Assembly (NCBI RefSeq): GCF_963921235.1 | Contig: NC_086097.1 | Coordinates: 235,478,001-235,542,000, forward strand | From: Mobula hypostoma | Lineage: Eukaryota | Direction: 5' to 3' | Length of the DNA: 64,000 nucleotides | Program-made: the position numbers and the translations under genes | Shown: positions 35,516 to 48,997 of the stretch, one piece after another | Layout: each line of letters opens with the position of its first letter | Position numbering within the stretch: the stretch's first letter is position 1 | Notes under the pieces: model-generated | What the model saw: only the letters and a program-made list of their open reading frames with translations | Databases searched by the model: none | What the model was told of the DNA's origin: nothing

Positions 35516-38431
35516 ATAGAAACATAGAAAATAGGTGCAGGAGTAGGCTATTCGGCCCTTCGAGTATGCACCGCCATTTATTATGATCATGGCTGATCAT
35601 CCAACTCAGAACTCCACCCCAGCCTTCCCTCCATACCCCCTGACCCCCGTAGCCACAAGGGCCATATCTAACTCCCTCTTAAATATAGCCAATGAACTGG
35701 CCTCAACTGTTTCCTGTGGCAGAGAATTCCACAGATTCACCACTCTCTGTGTGAAGAAGTTTTTCCTAATCTCGGTCCTAAAAGGCTTCCCCTCCAGCCT
35801 CAAACTGTGGCCCCTCGTTCTGGACTTCCCCAACATCGGGAACAATTTTCCTGCATCTAGCCTGTCCAATCCCTTTAGGATTTTATACGTTTCGATCAGA
35901 TCCCCCCTCAATCTTCTAAATTCCAATGAGTACAAGCCCAGTTCATCGAGTCTTTCTTCATATGAAAGCCCTGCCATCCCAGGAATCAATCTGGTGAACC
36001 TTCATTGTACTCCCTCTATGGCAAGGATGTCTTTCCTCAGATTAGGGGACCAAAACTGCACACAATACTCCAGGTGTGGTCTCACCAAGGCCTTGTACAA
36101 CTGCAGTAGTATCTCCCTGCTCCTGTACTCGAATCCTCTCGCTATAAATGCCAGCATACCATTCGCCCTTTTCACCGCCTGCTGTACCTGCATGCCCACT
36201 TTCAATGACTGGTGTATAATGACACCCAGGTCTCATTGCACCTCCCCTTTTCCTAATCGGCCACCATTCAGATAATAATCTGTTTTCCTATTTTTGCCAC
36301 CAAAGTGGATAACTTCACATTTATCCACATTAAATTGCATCTGCCATGAATTTGCCCACTCACCCAACCTATTCAAGTCACTCTGCATCCTCTTAGCATC
36401 CTCCTCACAGCTAACACTGCCACCAAGCTTCATGTCATCCGCAAACTTGGAGATGCTGCATTCAATTCCCTCATCCAAGTCATTAATATATATTGTAAAC
36501 AACTGGGGTCCCAGCACTGAGCCTTGCGGTACCCCACTAGTCACCGCCTGCCATTCTGAAAAGGTCCCGTTTATTCCCACTCTTTGCTTCCTGTCTGCTA
36601 ACCAATTCTCCACCCACACCAATACCTTACCCCCAATACCGTGTGCTTTAAGTTTGCACACTAATCTCCTGTGTGGGACCTTGTCAAAAGCCTTTTGAAA
36701 ATCCAAATATACCACATCCACTGGTTCTCCCCTATCCACTCTACTAGTTACATCCTCAAAAAATTCTATGCGATTCGTCAGACATGATTTTCCTTTCATA
36801 AATCCATGCTGACTTTGTCCGATGATTTCACCGCTTTCCAAATGTGCTGTTGTCACATCCTTGATAACTGACTCCAGCAGTTTCCCCACCACCAACATTA
36901 GGCTAACCGGTCTATAATTCCCCGGTTTCTCTCTCCCTCCTTTTTTAAAAAGTGGGGTTACATTAGCCACCCTCCAATCCTCAGGAACTAGTCCAGAATC
37001 TAACGAGTTTTGAAAAATTATCACTAATGCATCCACTATTTCTTGGGCTACTTCCTTAAGCACTCTAGGATGCAGACCATCTGGCCCTGGGGATTTATCT
37101 GCCTTCAATCCCTTCAATTTACCCAACACCACTTCTCTACTAACATGTATTTCGCTCAGTTCATCCATCTCACTGGACCCTCTGCCCCTTACTATTTCTG
37201 GAAGATTATTTATGTCCTCCTTAGTGAAGACAGAACCAAAGTAATTATTCAATTGGTCTGCCATGTCCTTGCTCCCCATAATCAATTCACCTGTTTCTGT
37301 CTGCAGGGGACCTACATTTGTCTTTACCAGTCTTTTCCTTTTTACATATCTATAAAAGCTTTTACAGTCCGTTTTTATGTTCCCTGCCAGTTTTCTCTCA
37401 TAATCTTTTTTCCCCTTCCTAATTAAGCCCTTTGTCCTCCTCTGCTGAACTCTGAATTTCTCCCAGTCCTCAGGTGAGCCACTTTCTCTGGCTAATTTGT
37501 ATGCTTCTTCTTTGGAATTGATACTATCCCTAATTTCTCTTGTCAGCCACGGGTGCACTACCTTCCTTGATTTATTCTTTTGCCAAACTGGGATGAACAA
37601 TTGTTGTAGTTCATCCATGCAACCTTTAAATGCTTGCCATTGCATATCCACCGTCAATCCTTTAAGTGTCATTTGCCAGTCTATCTTAGCTAATTCACGT
37701 CTCATACCTTCAAAGTTACCCCTCTTTAAGTTCAGAACCTTTGTTTCTGAATTAACTATGTCACTCTCCATCTTAATGAAGAATTCCACCATATTATGGT
37801 CACTCTTACCCAAGGGGCCTCTCACGACAAGATCGCTAATTAACCCTTCCTCATTGCTCAAAACCCAGTCCAGAATAGCCTGCTCTCTAGTTGGTTCCTC
37901 AACATGTTGTTTCAAAAGACCATCCCGCATACATTCCAAGAAATCTTCTTCCTCAGCACCTTTACCAATTTGGTTCACCCAATCTACATGTAGATTGAAG
38001 TCACCCATTATAACTGCTGTTCCTTTATTGCACACATTTCTAATTTCCTGTTTAATACCATCTCCGACCTCACTACTACTGTTAGGTGGCCTGTACACAA
38101 CTCCCACCAGCGTCTTCTGCCCCTTAGTGTTACGCAGCTCTACCCATATCGATTCCACATCTTCCCTGCTTATGTCCTTCCTTTCTATTGCGTTAATCTC
38201 TTCTTTAACCAGCAACGCCACCCCACCTCCCCTTCCTTCATGTGTATCCCTCCTGAATATTGAATATCCCTGAACGTTGAGCTCCCATCCCTGGTCACCC
38301 TGGAGCCATGTCTCTGTGATCCCAACTATATCATAATCATTAATAACAATCTGCACTTTCAATTCATCCACCTTATTACGAATGCTCCTTGCATTGACAG
38401 ACAAAGCCTTCAGGCGCTCTCTTACAACTCT
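35516..38431 (-). mobile_element. Young CR1 LINE with essentially complete ORF2 (APE endonuclease and RT), lacking ORF1
   Basis: NARSI...GITETW...GDFN...SDH...NYRPVSL...DFQKAFD...GVPQGSVLGP...FADD; ORFs 36233-38404, 36002-36205 and 35606-35989 are one frame broken by two TGA stops. Confidence 0.97.
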
Positions 38432-38452
38432 CTTTCCTGGTATATATTATGA

Positions 38453-38593
38453 ATAAAAACTTCTCAGGCTTCCAGCAAGGTCCAGGTATTGATATTCATC
38501 TGGGATCCCTGATGAGAAGATGGCAGAGATTGTCATTGAAATGTCAGTTAAAATCAATACCTATACCTGGCTGGAAGCCCAAGAAGAGTTTAT
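38453..38593. repeat. Imperfect ~40-bp-arm inverted repeat enclosing a hammerhead-like core (PLE-derived foldback)
   Basis: AAACTTCTCAGGCTTCCAGCAAGGTCCAGGTATTGAT / ATCAATACCTATACCTGGCTGGAAGCCCAAGAAGAGTTT; inside CTGATGA-gaa-GATGGCA..TGTCATT-GAAA-TGTC. Confidence 0.65.
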
Positions 38594-38714
38594 AACTCCA
38601 CAATAATTAAAACCTTATCTTCTCTTTTGTTTCCTGAGGTTCACTTTGAAATCAATGAGCTCTGCGATACCACACATCAAAAAGATGATTCCACAGTGTC
38701 ACTACGGGCAATCC

Positions 38715-39045
38715 CATAAGATGTTGGGGTTGTCTACTGTACCCAATGCTTCCCGTGCGGCCTCCTCTACATTGGTGAGATCAAGCGTAGATTGGAGAAC
38801 CACTTTGTTGAGCACCTGTGCTTCATTCGCTGGAAGCAGGATTTCCTATTGGCCAACCACTTTAATTCCTACTCCAATTCTCATTCTGACATGTTGGACC
38901 ATGGCCTCCTTCAATAGCATGATGAGGCCACTTTCAGGTTGGAAGAACAACACTTCATATTCCATCTAGGTAGCCTCCAACCTTATGGCATGAACATTGA
39001 TTTCTCCCACATTCATTTTTTTTCTCGTTCCCCTCCCTCTTGATT
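38715..39045 (+). mobile_element. Penelope-like GIY-YIG endonuclease remnant
   Basis: GVVYCTQCFPCGLLYIGEIKRRLENHFVEHL at about 38725-38820. Confidence 0.85.
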
Positions 39046-39059
39046 AATTCTCTATGGGC

Positions 39060-42000
39060 CAATAAAAATTAGTGAGGTGTACTCAGAGTAGCCATTGTTG
39101 GAGTGGGCCAAGGTTAGAGTGGAAGTCTTTGGCTCAACAGTCTTCAGCAAGAACAGGAAGAGGTTAAAGGTGCTGAGTCATTTGGATTCATTTTGTTGAA
39201 TGTGGAACTTCTAAAGAAGTTAGAGACAGAGGTATAATAAGTCAGGAGAGGGAAGGGCAAGAGTCAGATAATAGAGAGTACCCCTGTGACTGTCCCACTT
39301 AACATTAAGTATTCCTGTTTGAGTCTGCCCTGTGGCCCAGAAGAGTAGGGAAAGGAAGAAGACAGTAGTAATAGTGGGCTCTATAGTTAGGGGGTCAGAT
39401 AGGCAATTCTGTGGATGCAGGAAAGAAACACGGATGGTAGTTTCCCTCTCAGGTCCCTGGATCCAGGATGTTTCTGATCGCCTCAACGATGTCTTGAAGT
39501 GGGAAGGTGAACAGCCAGAGGTCATGGTACATATTGGTACCAACGACATAGGTAGGAAAAGGGAGGAGGTCCTGAAAACAGACTACAGGGAGTTAGAAAG
39601 GAAGGCTTTGAGGAAAGAGAAGCGGAATAAACGGTGTAAAGACAGTAAGGTAGAAGGGCTGAAATGTGTGTGCCTCAATGCAAGAAGCATCAGGAACAAA
39701 GGTGATGAACTGAGAGCTTGGATACATACATGGAATTATGATGTAGTGGCCATTTCAGAGACTTGGCTGGCACCAGGGCAGGAATGGATTCTCAATATTC
39801 CTGGATTTTAGTGCTTTAAAAGGGATAGAGAGGGTGGAAAAAGGGGAGGAGGGGTGGCATTACTGGTCAGGGATACTATTACAGCTACAGAAAGGGTGGG
39901 TAATGTAGCAGGATCCTCTTTTGAGTCAGTATGGGTGGAAATCAGGAACAGGAAGGGAGCAGTTACTCTACTGGGGGTATTCTATAGGCCCCCTGGTAGC
40001 AACAGAGATACAGAGGAGCAGATTGGGAGGCAGATTTTGGAAATGTGCAAAAATAACAGGGTTGTTATCATGGGTGACCTTAACTTCTCTAATATTTATT
40101 GGCACCTGATTAGTTCCAAGGGTTTAGATGGGGCAGAGTTTGTTAAGTGCGTCCAGGATGGATTCCTGTCACAGTAGGGGACAGGCCGACCGGGGCAATG
40201 CCATACTAGATCTAGTGCTAGGTAATGAACTGGGTCAGGTCACAGATCTCTCAGTGGGTGAGCATCGGGGACAGTGACCACCGCTCCCTGGCCTTTATAA
40301 TTATCATGGAAAAGGATAGAATCAAAGAGGACAGGAACATTTTTAATTGGAGAAAGGCAAATTATGAGGCTATAAGGCTAGAACTTGCAGGTGTGAATTG
40401 GGATGTTTTTGCAGGGAAATGTACTATGGACATGTGGTCGATGTTTAGAGATCTCTTGCGGGATGTAAGGGATAAATTTGTCCCGGTGAGGAAGATAAAG
40501 AATGGTAGGGTGAAGGAACCATGGGGGACAAGTGAGGGGGAAAATCTAGTCAGGTGGAAGACAGCAGCATACATGAGGTTTAGGAAGCAAGGATCAGATG
40601 GGTCTATTGAGGAATATAGGGAAGCAAGGAAGGAGCTCAAGAAGGGGCTGAGAAAAGCAAGAAGGGGGTATGAGAAGGCCTTGGTGAGTAGGGTAAAGGA
40701 AAACCCCAAGGCATTCTTCAATCATGTGAAGAAAAAAAGGATGACAGGAGTGAAGGTAGGACCGATTAGAGATAAAGGTGGGAAGATGTGCCTGGAGGCT
40801 GTGGAAGTGAGTGAGGTCCTCAATGAATACTTCTCTTCGGTATTCACCAAGGAGAGGGAACTTGATGATGTTGAGGACAATATGAGTGAGGTTGATGTTC
40901 TGGAGCATGTTGATATTAAGGGAGAGGAGGTGTTGGAGTTGTAAAAATACATTAGGACAGATAAGTCCCCTGGGCCTGATGGAATATTCCCCAGGCTGCT
41001 CCACAAGGCAAGAGAAGAGATTGTTGAGCCTCTGGCTAGGACCTTTATGTCCTCATTGTCCACGGGAATGGTACCGGGGGAGGTGAATGTTGTTCCCTTG
41101 TTCAAAAAAGGTAGTAGGGATAGTCCGGGTAATTATAGACCAGTGAGCCTTCCATCTGTGGTGGGAAAGCTGTTGGAAAAGATTTTTAGAGATAGGATCT
41201 ATAGGCATTTAGAGAATCATGGTCTGATCAGGGACAGTCAGCATGGCTTTGTGAAGGGCAGATCATGTCTAACAAGCATGATAGAGTTCTTTGAGGAGGT
41301 GACCAGGCATATAGATGAGGGTAGTGCAGTGGATGTGATCTATATGGATTTTAGTAAGGCATTTGACAAGGTTCCACATGGTAGGCTTATTCAAAAAGTT
41401 AGAAGGCATGGGATCCAGGGAAGTTTGGCCAGGTGGATTCAGAATTGGCTTGCCTGCAGAAGGCAGAGGGTGGTGGTGGAGGGAGTACATTCAAATTGGA
41501 GGATTGTGACTAGTGGTGTCCCACAAGGATCTGTTCTGGGACCTCTACTTTTCGTGATTTTTATTAACGATCAGGATGTGGGGGTAGAAGGGTGGGTTGG
41601 CAAGTTTGCAGACAACACAAAGGTTGGTGGTGTTGTAGATAGTGTAGAGGATTGTCAAAGATTGCAGAGAGACATTGATAGGATGCAGAAGTGTGCTGAG
41701 AAGTGGCAGATGGAGTTCAACCCGGAGAAGTGTGAGGTGGTACACTTTGGACGGACAAACTCCAAGTCAGAGTACAAAGTAAATGGCAGGATACTTGGTA
41801 GTGTGGAGGAGCAGAGGGATCTCGGGGAACATGTCCACAGATCCCTGAAAGTTGCCTCACAGGTGGATAGGGTAGTGAAGAAAGCTTATGGGGTGTTAGC
41901 TTTCATAAGTCGAAGGATAGAGATTAAGAGTCGCGATGTAATGGTGCAGCTCTATAAAACTCTGGTTAGGCCACACTTGGAGTACTGTGTCCAGTTCTGG

Positions 42001-42905
42001 TCACCTCACTATAGGAAGGATGTGGAAACATTGGAAAGGGTACAGAGGAGATGTACGAGGATGCTGCCTGGTTTAGAAAGTATGCATTATGACCAGAGAT
42101 TAAGGGAGCTAGGGCTTTACTCTTTGGAGAGAAGGAGGATGAGAGTAGACATGATAGAGATGTACAAGATAAGAAGAGGAATAGATAGAGTGGATAGCCA
42201 GTGCCTCTTCCCCAGGGCACCACTGCTCAATACAAGAGGACATGGCTTTAAGGTAAGGGGTGGGAAGTTCAAGGGGAATATTAGAGGAAGGTTTTTTACT
42301 CAGAGAGTGGTTGGTGCGTGGAATGCACTGCCTGAGTCAGTGGTGGAGGCAGATACACTAGTGAAGTTTAAGAGACTACTAGACAGGTATATGGAGGAAT
42401 CTAAGGTGGGGGCTTATATGGGAGGCAGGGTTTGAGGGTTGGCACAACATTGTGGGCCGAAGGGCCTGTACTGTGCTGTACTCTTCTGTGTTCTGTGTTC
42501 TAAGTTGAGAAGCAGGACCTCAAAGGTAGTACAGTAATCTCAGGATTATTGCCTGTGCCACACGAAAATGAGTATAGGAATAGAGTGAGGTGGAAGATGA
42601 ATGCATGGTTAAGGCATTGGAGCAGGAGGCAGGGATTCAGATTTCTGGATCATTGGGGCCTCTTTTGGGGCAGGCCTGACCTGTACAAGAAGGATGAGTT
42701 GCACTTGAATCTGAAGGGGACCAATATCCTGGCAGGGAGATTTGCTAAGGCTATTGGAGAGAACTTAAGCTAGAGTTGCTGAGGTTGGGAACCGAACTGA
42801 GGAGACGGAGGAATGGGCGGTAGGCTCACAAATAGAGAAGGCTTTGAGACAGTGCGAGAGAGAGGATAGGCAGGTGATAGAGAAGGGAAATGCTCAGACT
42901 GATAG
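39060..42905 (+). mobile_element. CR1 5' part with SGNH-esterase ORF1, split by a younger CR1
   Basis: VGSIVRGSDR...VHIGTNDIG...YRELERK | LRSRTSKV...NAWLRHW...DELHLNLKGTNILA. Confidence 0.85.
39605..42501 (+). mobile_element. CR1 with near-complete, mutated ORF2 (EN and RT)
   Basis: LNARSIRNK...SETW; NYRPVSL; DFSKAFD; GVPQGSVLGP; FADN; (TTCTGTG) tail. Confidence 0.95.
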
Positions 42906-42914
42906 TACCCCAGC

Positions 42915-44417
42915 CTACTGTGGGAGATGAGGGAAGAGATTGTTGAGCCTCTTGCGATGACAATGGGGACGGGACAGGTTCCAGAGGATTGGAGGGTTGC
43001 GGATGTTGTTCCATTATTTAAGAAAGGGAGTAGAGATAGCCCAGGAAATTATAGACCAGTGAGTCTTACTTCAGTGATTGGTAAATTGATGGAAAAGGTC
43101 TTGAGAGGCAGGATTTATGAACATTTGGAGAGGCATAATATGATTAGGAATAGTCAGCGTGGCTTTGTCAAAGGCAGGTCGTGCCTTATGAGCCTGATTG
43201 AATATTTGAGGATCCGACTAAATACGTTGATGAAGGGAGAGCAGTAGATGTAGTGTATATGGATTTCAGCAAGGCATTTGACAAGGTACCCTATGCAAGG
43301 CTTATTGAACAAGTAAGGAGGCACGGGATCGATGGGGACCTTGCTTTGTGGATCCAGAACTGGCTTGCACACAGAAGACAATGAGTCATTGTCGACGGGT
43401 CATAATCTGCATAGAGGTTGGTGACCAGTAGTGTGCCTCAGGGATCTGTTCTAGGATTCCTTCTCTTCGTGATTTTTATAAATGACCTGGATGAGGAAGT
43501 AGAGGGATGGATTAGTAAATTTGCTGATGACACAAAGGTTGGGAGTGTTATGGATAGTGTGGAGAGCTGTCAGAGGTTACACTTTGACATTGATAGGATG
43601 CAAAACAGGGCAGATGGAGTTCAGAGTGAGGTGGCTCATTTTGGTAGGTCAAATATGATGGCAGAATATACAATTAATGGTAAGACTCTTGGCAGTGTAG
43701 AGGATCAGAGGGATCTTGGGATCCGAGTCCATAGGACAGTCAAAGCTGCTGTGCAGGTTGACTCTATGGTTAAGAAGGCATACAGTGCATTGGCCTTCAT
43801 CAAGCATAGGACTGAATTTAAGAACCGAGAGGTAATGTTGCAGCTATATAGGTCCCTGGTCAGACCCCACTTGGAGTACTGTGCTCAGTTCTGATCACCT
43901 CACTACAAGAAGGATGTGGAAACTATAGAAAGGGTCCCGAGGAGATTTACAAGGATAATGCCTGGATTGGGGAGCACGCCTTATGAGAATAGGTTGAGTG
44001 AACTCGACCTTTTCTCTTTGGAGTGGTGGAGGATGAGAGATGACCTGACAGAGGTGTATAAGATGATGAAAGGCATTGATCGTGTGGATAGTCAGAGGTT
44101 TTTTTCCCAGGGCTGAAATGACTAGCATGAGAGGGCACAGTTTTTAAGTGCTTGGAAGTAGGTACAGAGGAGATGTCAGCAGTATATTTTTCTCATGCAA
44201 AGAGTAGTGAATGCGTGGAATGGGCTGCTGGTGATGGTGGTGGAGGCATATATGATAGGGTCTTTTAAGAGATTCTTTGCTAGGTACATGGAGCTATGAA
44301 AAATAGAGGGCTATGTGTAACCCTAGGTAATTTCTAAAGTAAGTACATGTTCAGCACAACATTGTGGGCTGAAGGGCCTGTATTGTGCTGTAGGATTTCT
44401 ATATTTTCTATGTTTCT
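42915..44417 (+). mobile_element. CR1 RT-to-3' fragment
   Basis: PEDWRVADVVPLFKKG...KFADDTK...RPHLEYC; TTTTCTATGTTTCTA tail. Confidence 0.92.
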
Positions 44418-45109
44418 AAGTGTAGGCAAGATAGTAGTTCAGGCAGTGGAATGCTCCTCCTGTAAGATGTAGGATTCCAGGATACCTAACCGACTCCCTA
44501 ATGACTAAGTCTACGGGAATTGTCCCCAACTTCAGCTCCTGACTGACAAGGTCAACGGACTGGAGCTGGAGCTGGATGTATTAAGGATCATCTGGGAGAC
44601 TGAGAACTTCACAGATGATACGTTCACTGAGATGGTCACACCACGAGTGCAGGTTTCAGATGGGTGACCACCAGGAGAAGCAAGGGGAGAAAGTGGAGTA
44701 ACCAGCAGTCACAGGGATCCCCTGTGACTTTTCCTCTCAGTAAAAGGTATACCTCTTTAGATACTGCTGTGGGGGGTGTGGTGTTGGCCTATCAGGGCAC
44801 AGTAGAGCAGCAGCCAGTGTCACTGTGGCTGGCTCTGGGGCTCAGCAGGAAAGGGTAAAGTCCGGCAGATTGATAGTGATAGGAGACTTGATAGTTAGAG
44901 GGACAGACAGAAGATTATTGCCGGTGCAAAAGGGACATAGGATGGTGCGATACCTCCCAGAAACCGGAGTCCTTCGGGGGGAGGATCAACTGCCGGAGTC
45001 CATGGTGCACATTGACACCAATGACATAGATGGAAAGGGGGAAAGGAGTACAGGGAACTAGGAAAGAGGCTGAAGAACAAAAGCTCCAATGGATTTCTCC
45101 CAGTGCCGT

Positions 45110-45396
45110 ACGGTTGTTATAGCCAGGGTTGTATGGGACAAGCTCTCACTACCTATTAAATGCTCTTAATGATATGCGCCTCAGCCTCTGACAATCAAGT
45201 CCAGTTCTTGGCCTTCACGTGTGGCTTAGCTACTAAGCCTGCCGGAACCATTTCTACTGACAGGGGAAGGGGCAAATATGGGTTACTGGTGCCTTAAAAT
45301 CAGTGGCTTGGGGCTTGGCAGCTCGTGTAGAAGGACTCGAATAAACCCCACGTGAAAAATCTGCAGCTGGGGTCCCTAATGTAGTCCTACATTAAG
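45110..45396 (+). mobile_element. Unclassified insertion (possibly RTE 5'UTR-derived)
   Basis: Interrupts CR1 ORF1 between CCAGTGCC and TGGCTAGGAAATGG; contains hairpin GGCTTAG-CTA-CTAAGCC. Confidence 0.4.
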
Positions 45397-46194
45397 TGGC
45401 TAGGAAATGGTGCAGGGGGCAGAGTTTCACATTCGTGGATAATAGGAACCTTTTCTGGGGCAGGGGTGACCTGTACAAGAGGTATGGGTTGCACATAAAC
45501 TGGAGGGGAACCAACCTCCTGGCAGTGAGATTTGCTGGTGCTACTCAGGAGAGTTTAAATTAGTTTGGCAGGGAGACAGGAACCTGAGCAACAGGTCAGA
45601 AAATGGAGAGATGGAGAGGAAGATGGGTGTAAGGGCCAGTAAAGACAGGCATGAGCAAAGTAATAGATATGATGGTACTGATAGTTTGAATTGTGTGTAT
45701 TTTAATGCTAGGAGTATTACGGGCAAAGGTGATGAACATGGAGCATGGATCAGTACATGAAACTATGATGTCATGGCTGTTACAGAGACTTGGTTGAGAG
45801 AGGGACTGGGATGGGAGCATAATGTCCCAAGGTTTTGATGTTTTAGAAAAGGCAGAGATGGAGATAAAAGAGGGGAGGGAGTTGCACTACTAATCAGGGA
45901 CATTACTGCAACTCCACTCCGAGGGGACATAATGGAGGACTCATCCACTGCGTCCATATGGGTAGAACTCTCAAATGGGAAGGATGCAATCGCTCTGATA
46001 GAATTGTACTACAGACCCCCTCCACCCATTTGCTACTGGGAAAATGAAGAACAGATATGCAGGAAGATTAAAGAATGGTGCAAAAACAAAAGAGTTGTTG
46101 TTATGGGAGACTTGAAATTCTCTAATATAAACTGGGACATTCTTTGTGCAAAAAGTTTAGGTAGGGCAGAAATTAGATTTTTAAATCAATATAG

Positions 46195-47005
46195 TCATAG
46201 TCATACTTTATTGATCCTGGGGGAAATTGGTTTTTGTTACAGTTGCACCATAAATAATAAATAGTAATAGAACCATAAATAGTTAAATAGTAATATGTAA
46301 GTTATGCCAGCAAATTATGAAATAAGTCCAGGACCAGCCTATTGGCTCAGGGTGTCTGACCCTCCAAGGGAGGAGTTGTAAAGTTTGATGGCCACAGGCA
46401 GGAATGACTTCCTATGACGCTCTGTGCTGCATCTCGGTGGAATGAATCTCTGGCTGAATGTACTCCTGTGCCCAACCAGTACATTATGTAGTGGATGGGA
46501 GACATTGTCCAAGATGGCATGCAACTTGGACAGAATCCTCTTTTCAGACACCACTGTCAGAGAGTCCAGTTCCATCCCCACAACATCACTGGCCTTACGA
46601 ATGAGGTTGTTGATTCTGTTGGTGTCTGCTACCCTCAGCCTGCTGCCCCAGCACACAACAGCAAACATGATCGCACTGGCCACCACAGACTCGTAGAACA
46701 TCCTCAGCATCGTCCGACAGATGTTAAAGGACCTCAGTCTCCTCAGGAAATAGAGACGGCTCTGACTCTTCTTGTAGACAGCCTCAGTATTCTTTGACCA
46801 GTCCAGTTTATTGTCAATTTGTATCCCCAGGTGTTTGTAATCCTCCACCATGTCCACACTGACCCCCCGGATTGAAACAGGGGTCACCGGTACCTTAGCT
46901 CTCCTCAGGTCTACCACCAGCTCCTTAGTCTTTTTCACATTAAGCTGCAGATAATTCTGCTCACACCATGTGACAAAGTTTCCTACCGTAGCCCTGGTCA
47001 GTAGG
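46195..47005 (-). mobile_element. Rex1/Babar LINE 3' fragment (open 199 aa)
   Basis: KTKELVVDLRR...SRLYFLRRLRSF...KSFLPVAIKLYN; (ATGACT)n tail; 7-bp TSD AATATAG (46188-46194, 47006-47012). Confidence 0.92.
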
Positions 47006-48419
47006 AATATAGATAGGTGAACAAGAGGAGGGGCTGTTCTGAATCTAGTGTTGAGTAATGAGCCTGGCCAGGTTTCAGACAGTCAGTGAGTGAACATTTA
47101 GGGAACAGTGATCACGACTCCTTAAGTTTTAAAATAACTAGAGGAAAGGGTAAGTATGGAGGATATTAAATTGGAACAGGACACATTACAAATTAGGCAG
47201 GAACTAGCTGGGAACAGCTGTTTAAGTGAAAGTCCACATCTGACATGCAGAAGGTGGTTAAAGACTAAATGCACAGAGTACAGGACAGGTATATTCCAGA
47301 AAGAAGGAAGGACAAGGACGGCAATGTAAGGGAACCTCGGATATCAAGGGAGGTGTTGAATTTATTCAAAAGGAAAAAGGAAACGCATATTAAGATTCAG
47401 AAGTTAGAATCAACCAGAGCCTGTGAGGATTATATATAAAAAAACAGAAAAGAACTCACAAAGGGAATTAGGAAGGCCAGGATGGTCCATGTAAAGTCCT
47501 AGGTAAGTAGGATTAAAGTGAATTCCAAGACATTCTGTACATACATCAAGGGCAAGAGGATAACTTGGGAGAGGGTAGGAGCACTCAAGAATAAAGGGAC
47601 AGTGGACATTTACATGGAGGATGCAGGTGAGATCCATAATAAGTACTTTACATCACTATTTACCAGGGAGAAGGAAGTGGAGGATAGGGAAATCATTGCT
47701 GAGCGTATTGATATACTAGGGCATTTGAAGGTAAAGGAGGAAGTGGTGCTGTGTCTCTTAAAAAGCATTAAAGTGGATAAGTCCCCGGGGCCTGATGGGA
47801 TATACCCAGGGTATTGAGAGAGGTAGAAGAACAGATTGCCTAATATCTCCATGTCCTCACTAGCCATAGACGATGTCCCAAAGGACTTGAGATCAGCTAA
47901 TATTGTTCCATCATTCAATAAAAGCTCCAGGGATAATCTTGGAAACTTTAACTGGTGAATCGCGCATCAGTGGTAGGGAAGTTATTGGAGAGAATTCTTA
48001 GGGATAGGATTTATGATAATTTGGAAGACTATGGCCTAATTAGGGAGAGAGAGCATAGCTTTGTGCAGGGCAAGTCAGGTCCTACTAATTTGATTATGTA
48101 TTTTGAAGAGGTGACAAGGGAAATGATGGAGGTAGAGCTGTGGATTTTGTTTTGAATGAATTTTAGTAAGGTGTTTGACAAGGTCCCTCTTGGGAGGCTC
48201 ACCCAGAAGATTAACATGGGAATCCCTGGTGAATTGGCCGCTTGGATTCAGAACTAGTTTGTCCATAGTGGTTGAAGAATTTATTCCAGCGAGAGGTTTG
48301 TAATTAGTGGTGTTTCATGGGGATCTGTACTGGGACCTCTGCTGTTTGTCATATATATAAATAACCAGGATGAAAATTTAGATACGTGCAGTAGTATATT
48401 TGCAGGTGATACAAAGATT

Positions 48420-48997
48420 ATGATTATGATTATGAAGACACGTAGTCCTCTTTTATTGTCATTTAGTAATGCATGCATTAAGAAATGATACATTATTTCC
48501 TCCGGTGTGATACCACAAAACACAGGACAGACCAAAACTGAAAAAACTGACAAAACCACATAATTATAACATATAGTTACGAACAGTGCAACAATACCAT
48601 AACTTGATGAAGAAGTCCGTGAGCACAGTAAAGTTCAAAGTTTCTCAAATGTCCCACATCTCACGCAGACGGGAGAAGGAAGAAAAACTCTCCCTGCCGT
48701 GCCGATCACAATCCGAGTCTGAGTCATCTGAAACCTTCGAGCTCTGATCAGCTCTCCGACACCGAGTACTGAGCGCTATCTCTGTCCGAACGATTCGACC
48801 TCCTTCTTGGTCGCCAAAAGCAGGTAAGGCCGGGGATTTTGAGGCCTATCCTCCGAAAGATTCATGCCCACGCAGTAACGACAGCAGTGAAGAGGCGTTT
48901 CAGAAATTTCTCCAGATGTTCCTCTGTGCTTTCACGTCCATTCTCCATCAAATCAGAATTGTCTACGGCCCCTATTTAACGGATACAATATCATTTG
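48420..48997 (-). mobile_element. Non-autonomous retroposon, same family as 1612-2320
   Basis: Shared CCGTCTGCGTGAGATG, GTAACTATATGTTATAATTATGTGGTTTTGT and ATGACAATAAA; (ATAATC)n tail; splits the CR1 just after the FADDTK-homologous codons. Confidence 0.7.

Noticed and set aside
36294..38273. Long plus-strand ORFs (134, 127 and 258 aa)
   Set aside because: Antisense shadows of CR1 ORF2.
36233..38404. 723-aa ORF as a host or domesticated gene
   Set aside because: It is CR1 ORF2 with a normal 3'UTR and tail, two nonsense codons downstream, and near-identical siblings in the window.
45190..45250. HDV/CPEB3-like ribozyme (CCTTCACGTGTGGC plus GGCTTAG/CTAAGCC hairpin)
   Set aside because: Could not assign consistent P1, P1.1 and P2 pairings by eye; needs a descriptor search on the family consensus.
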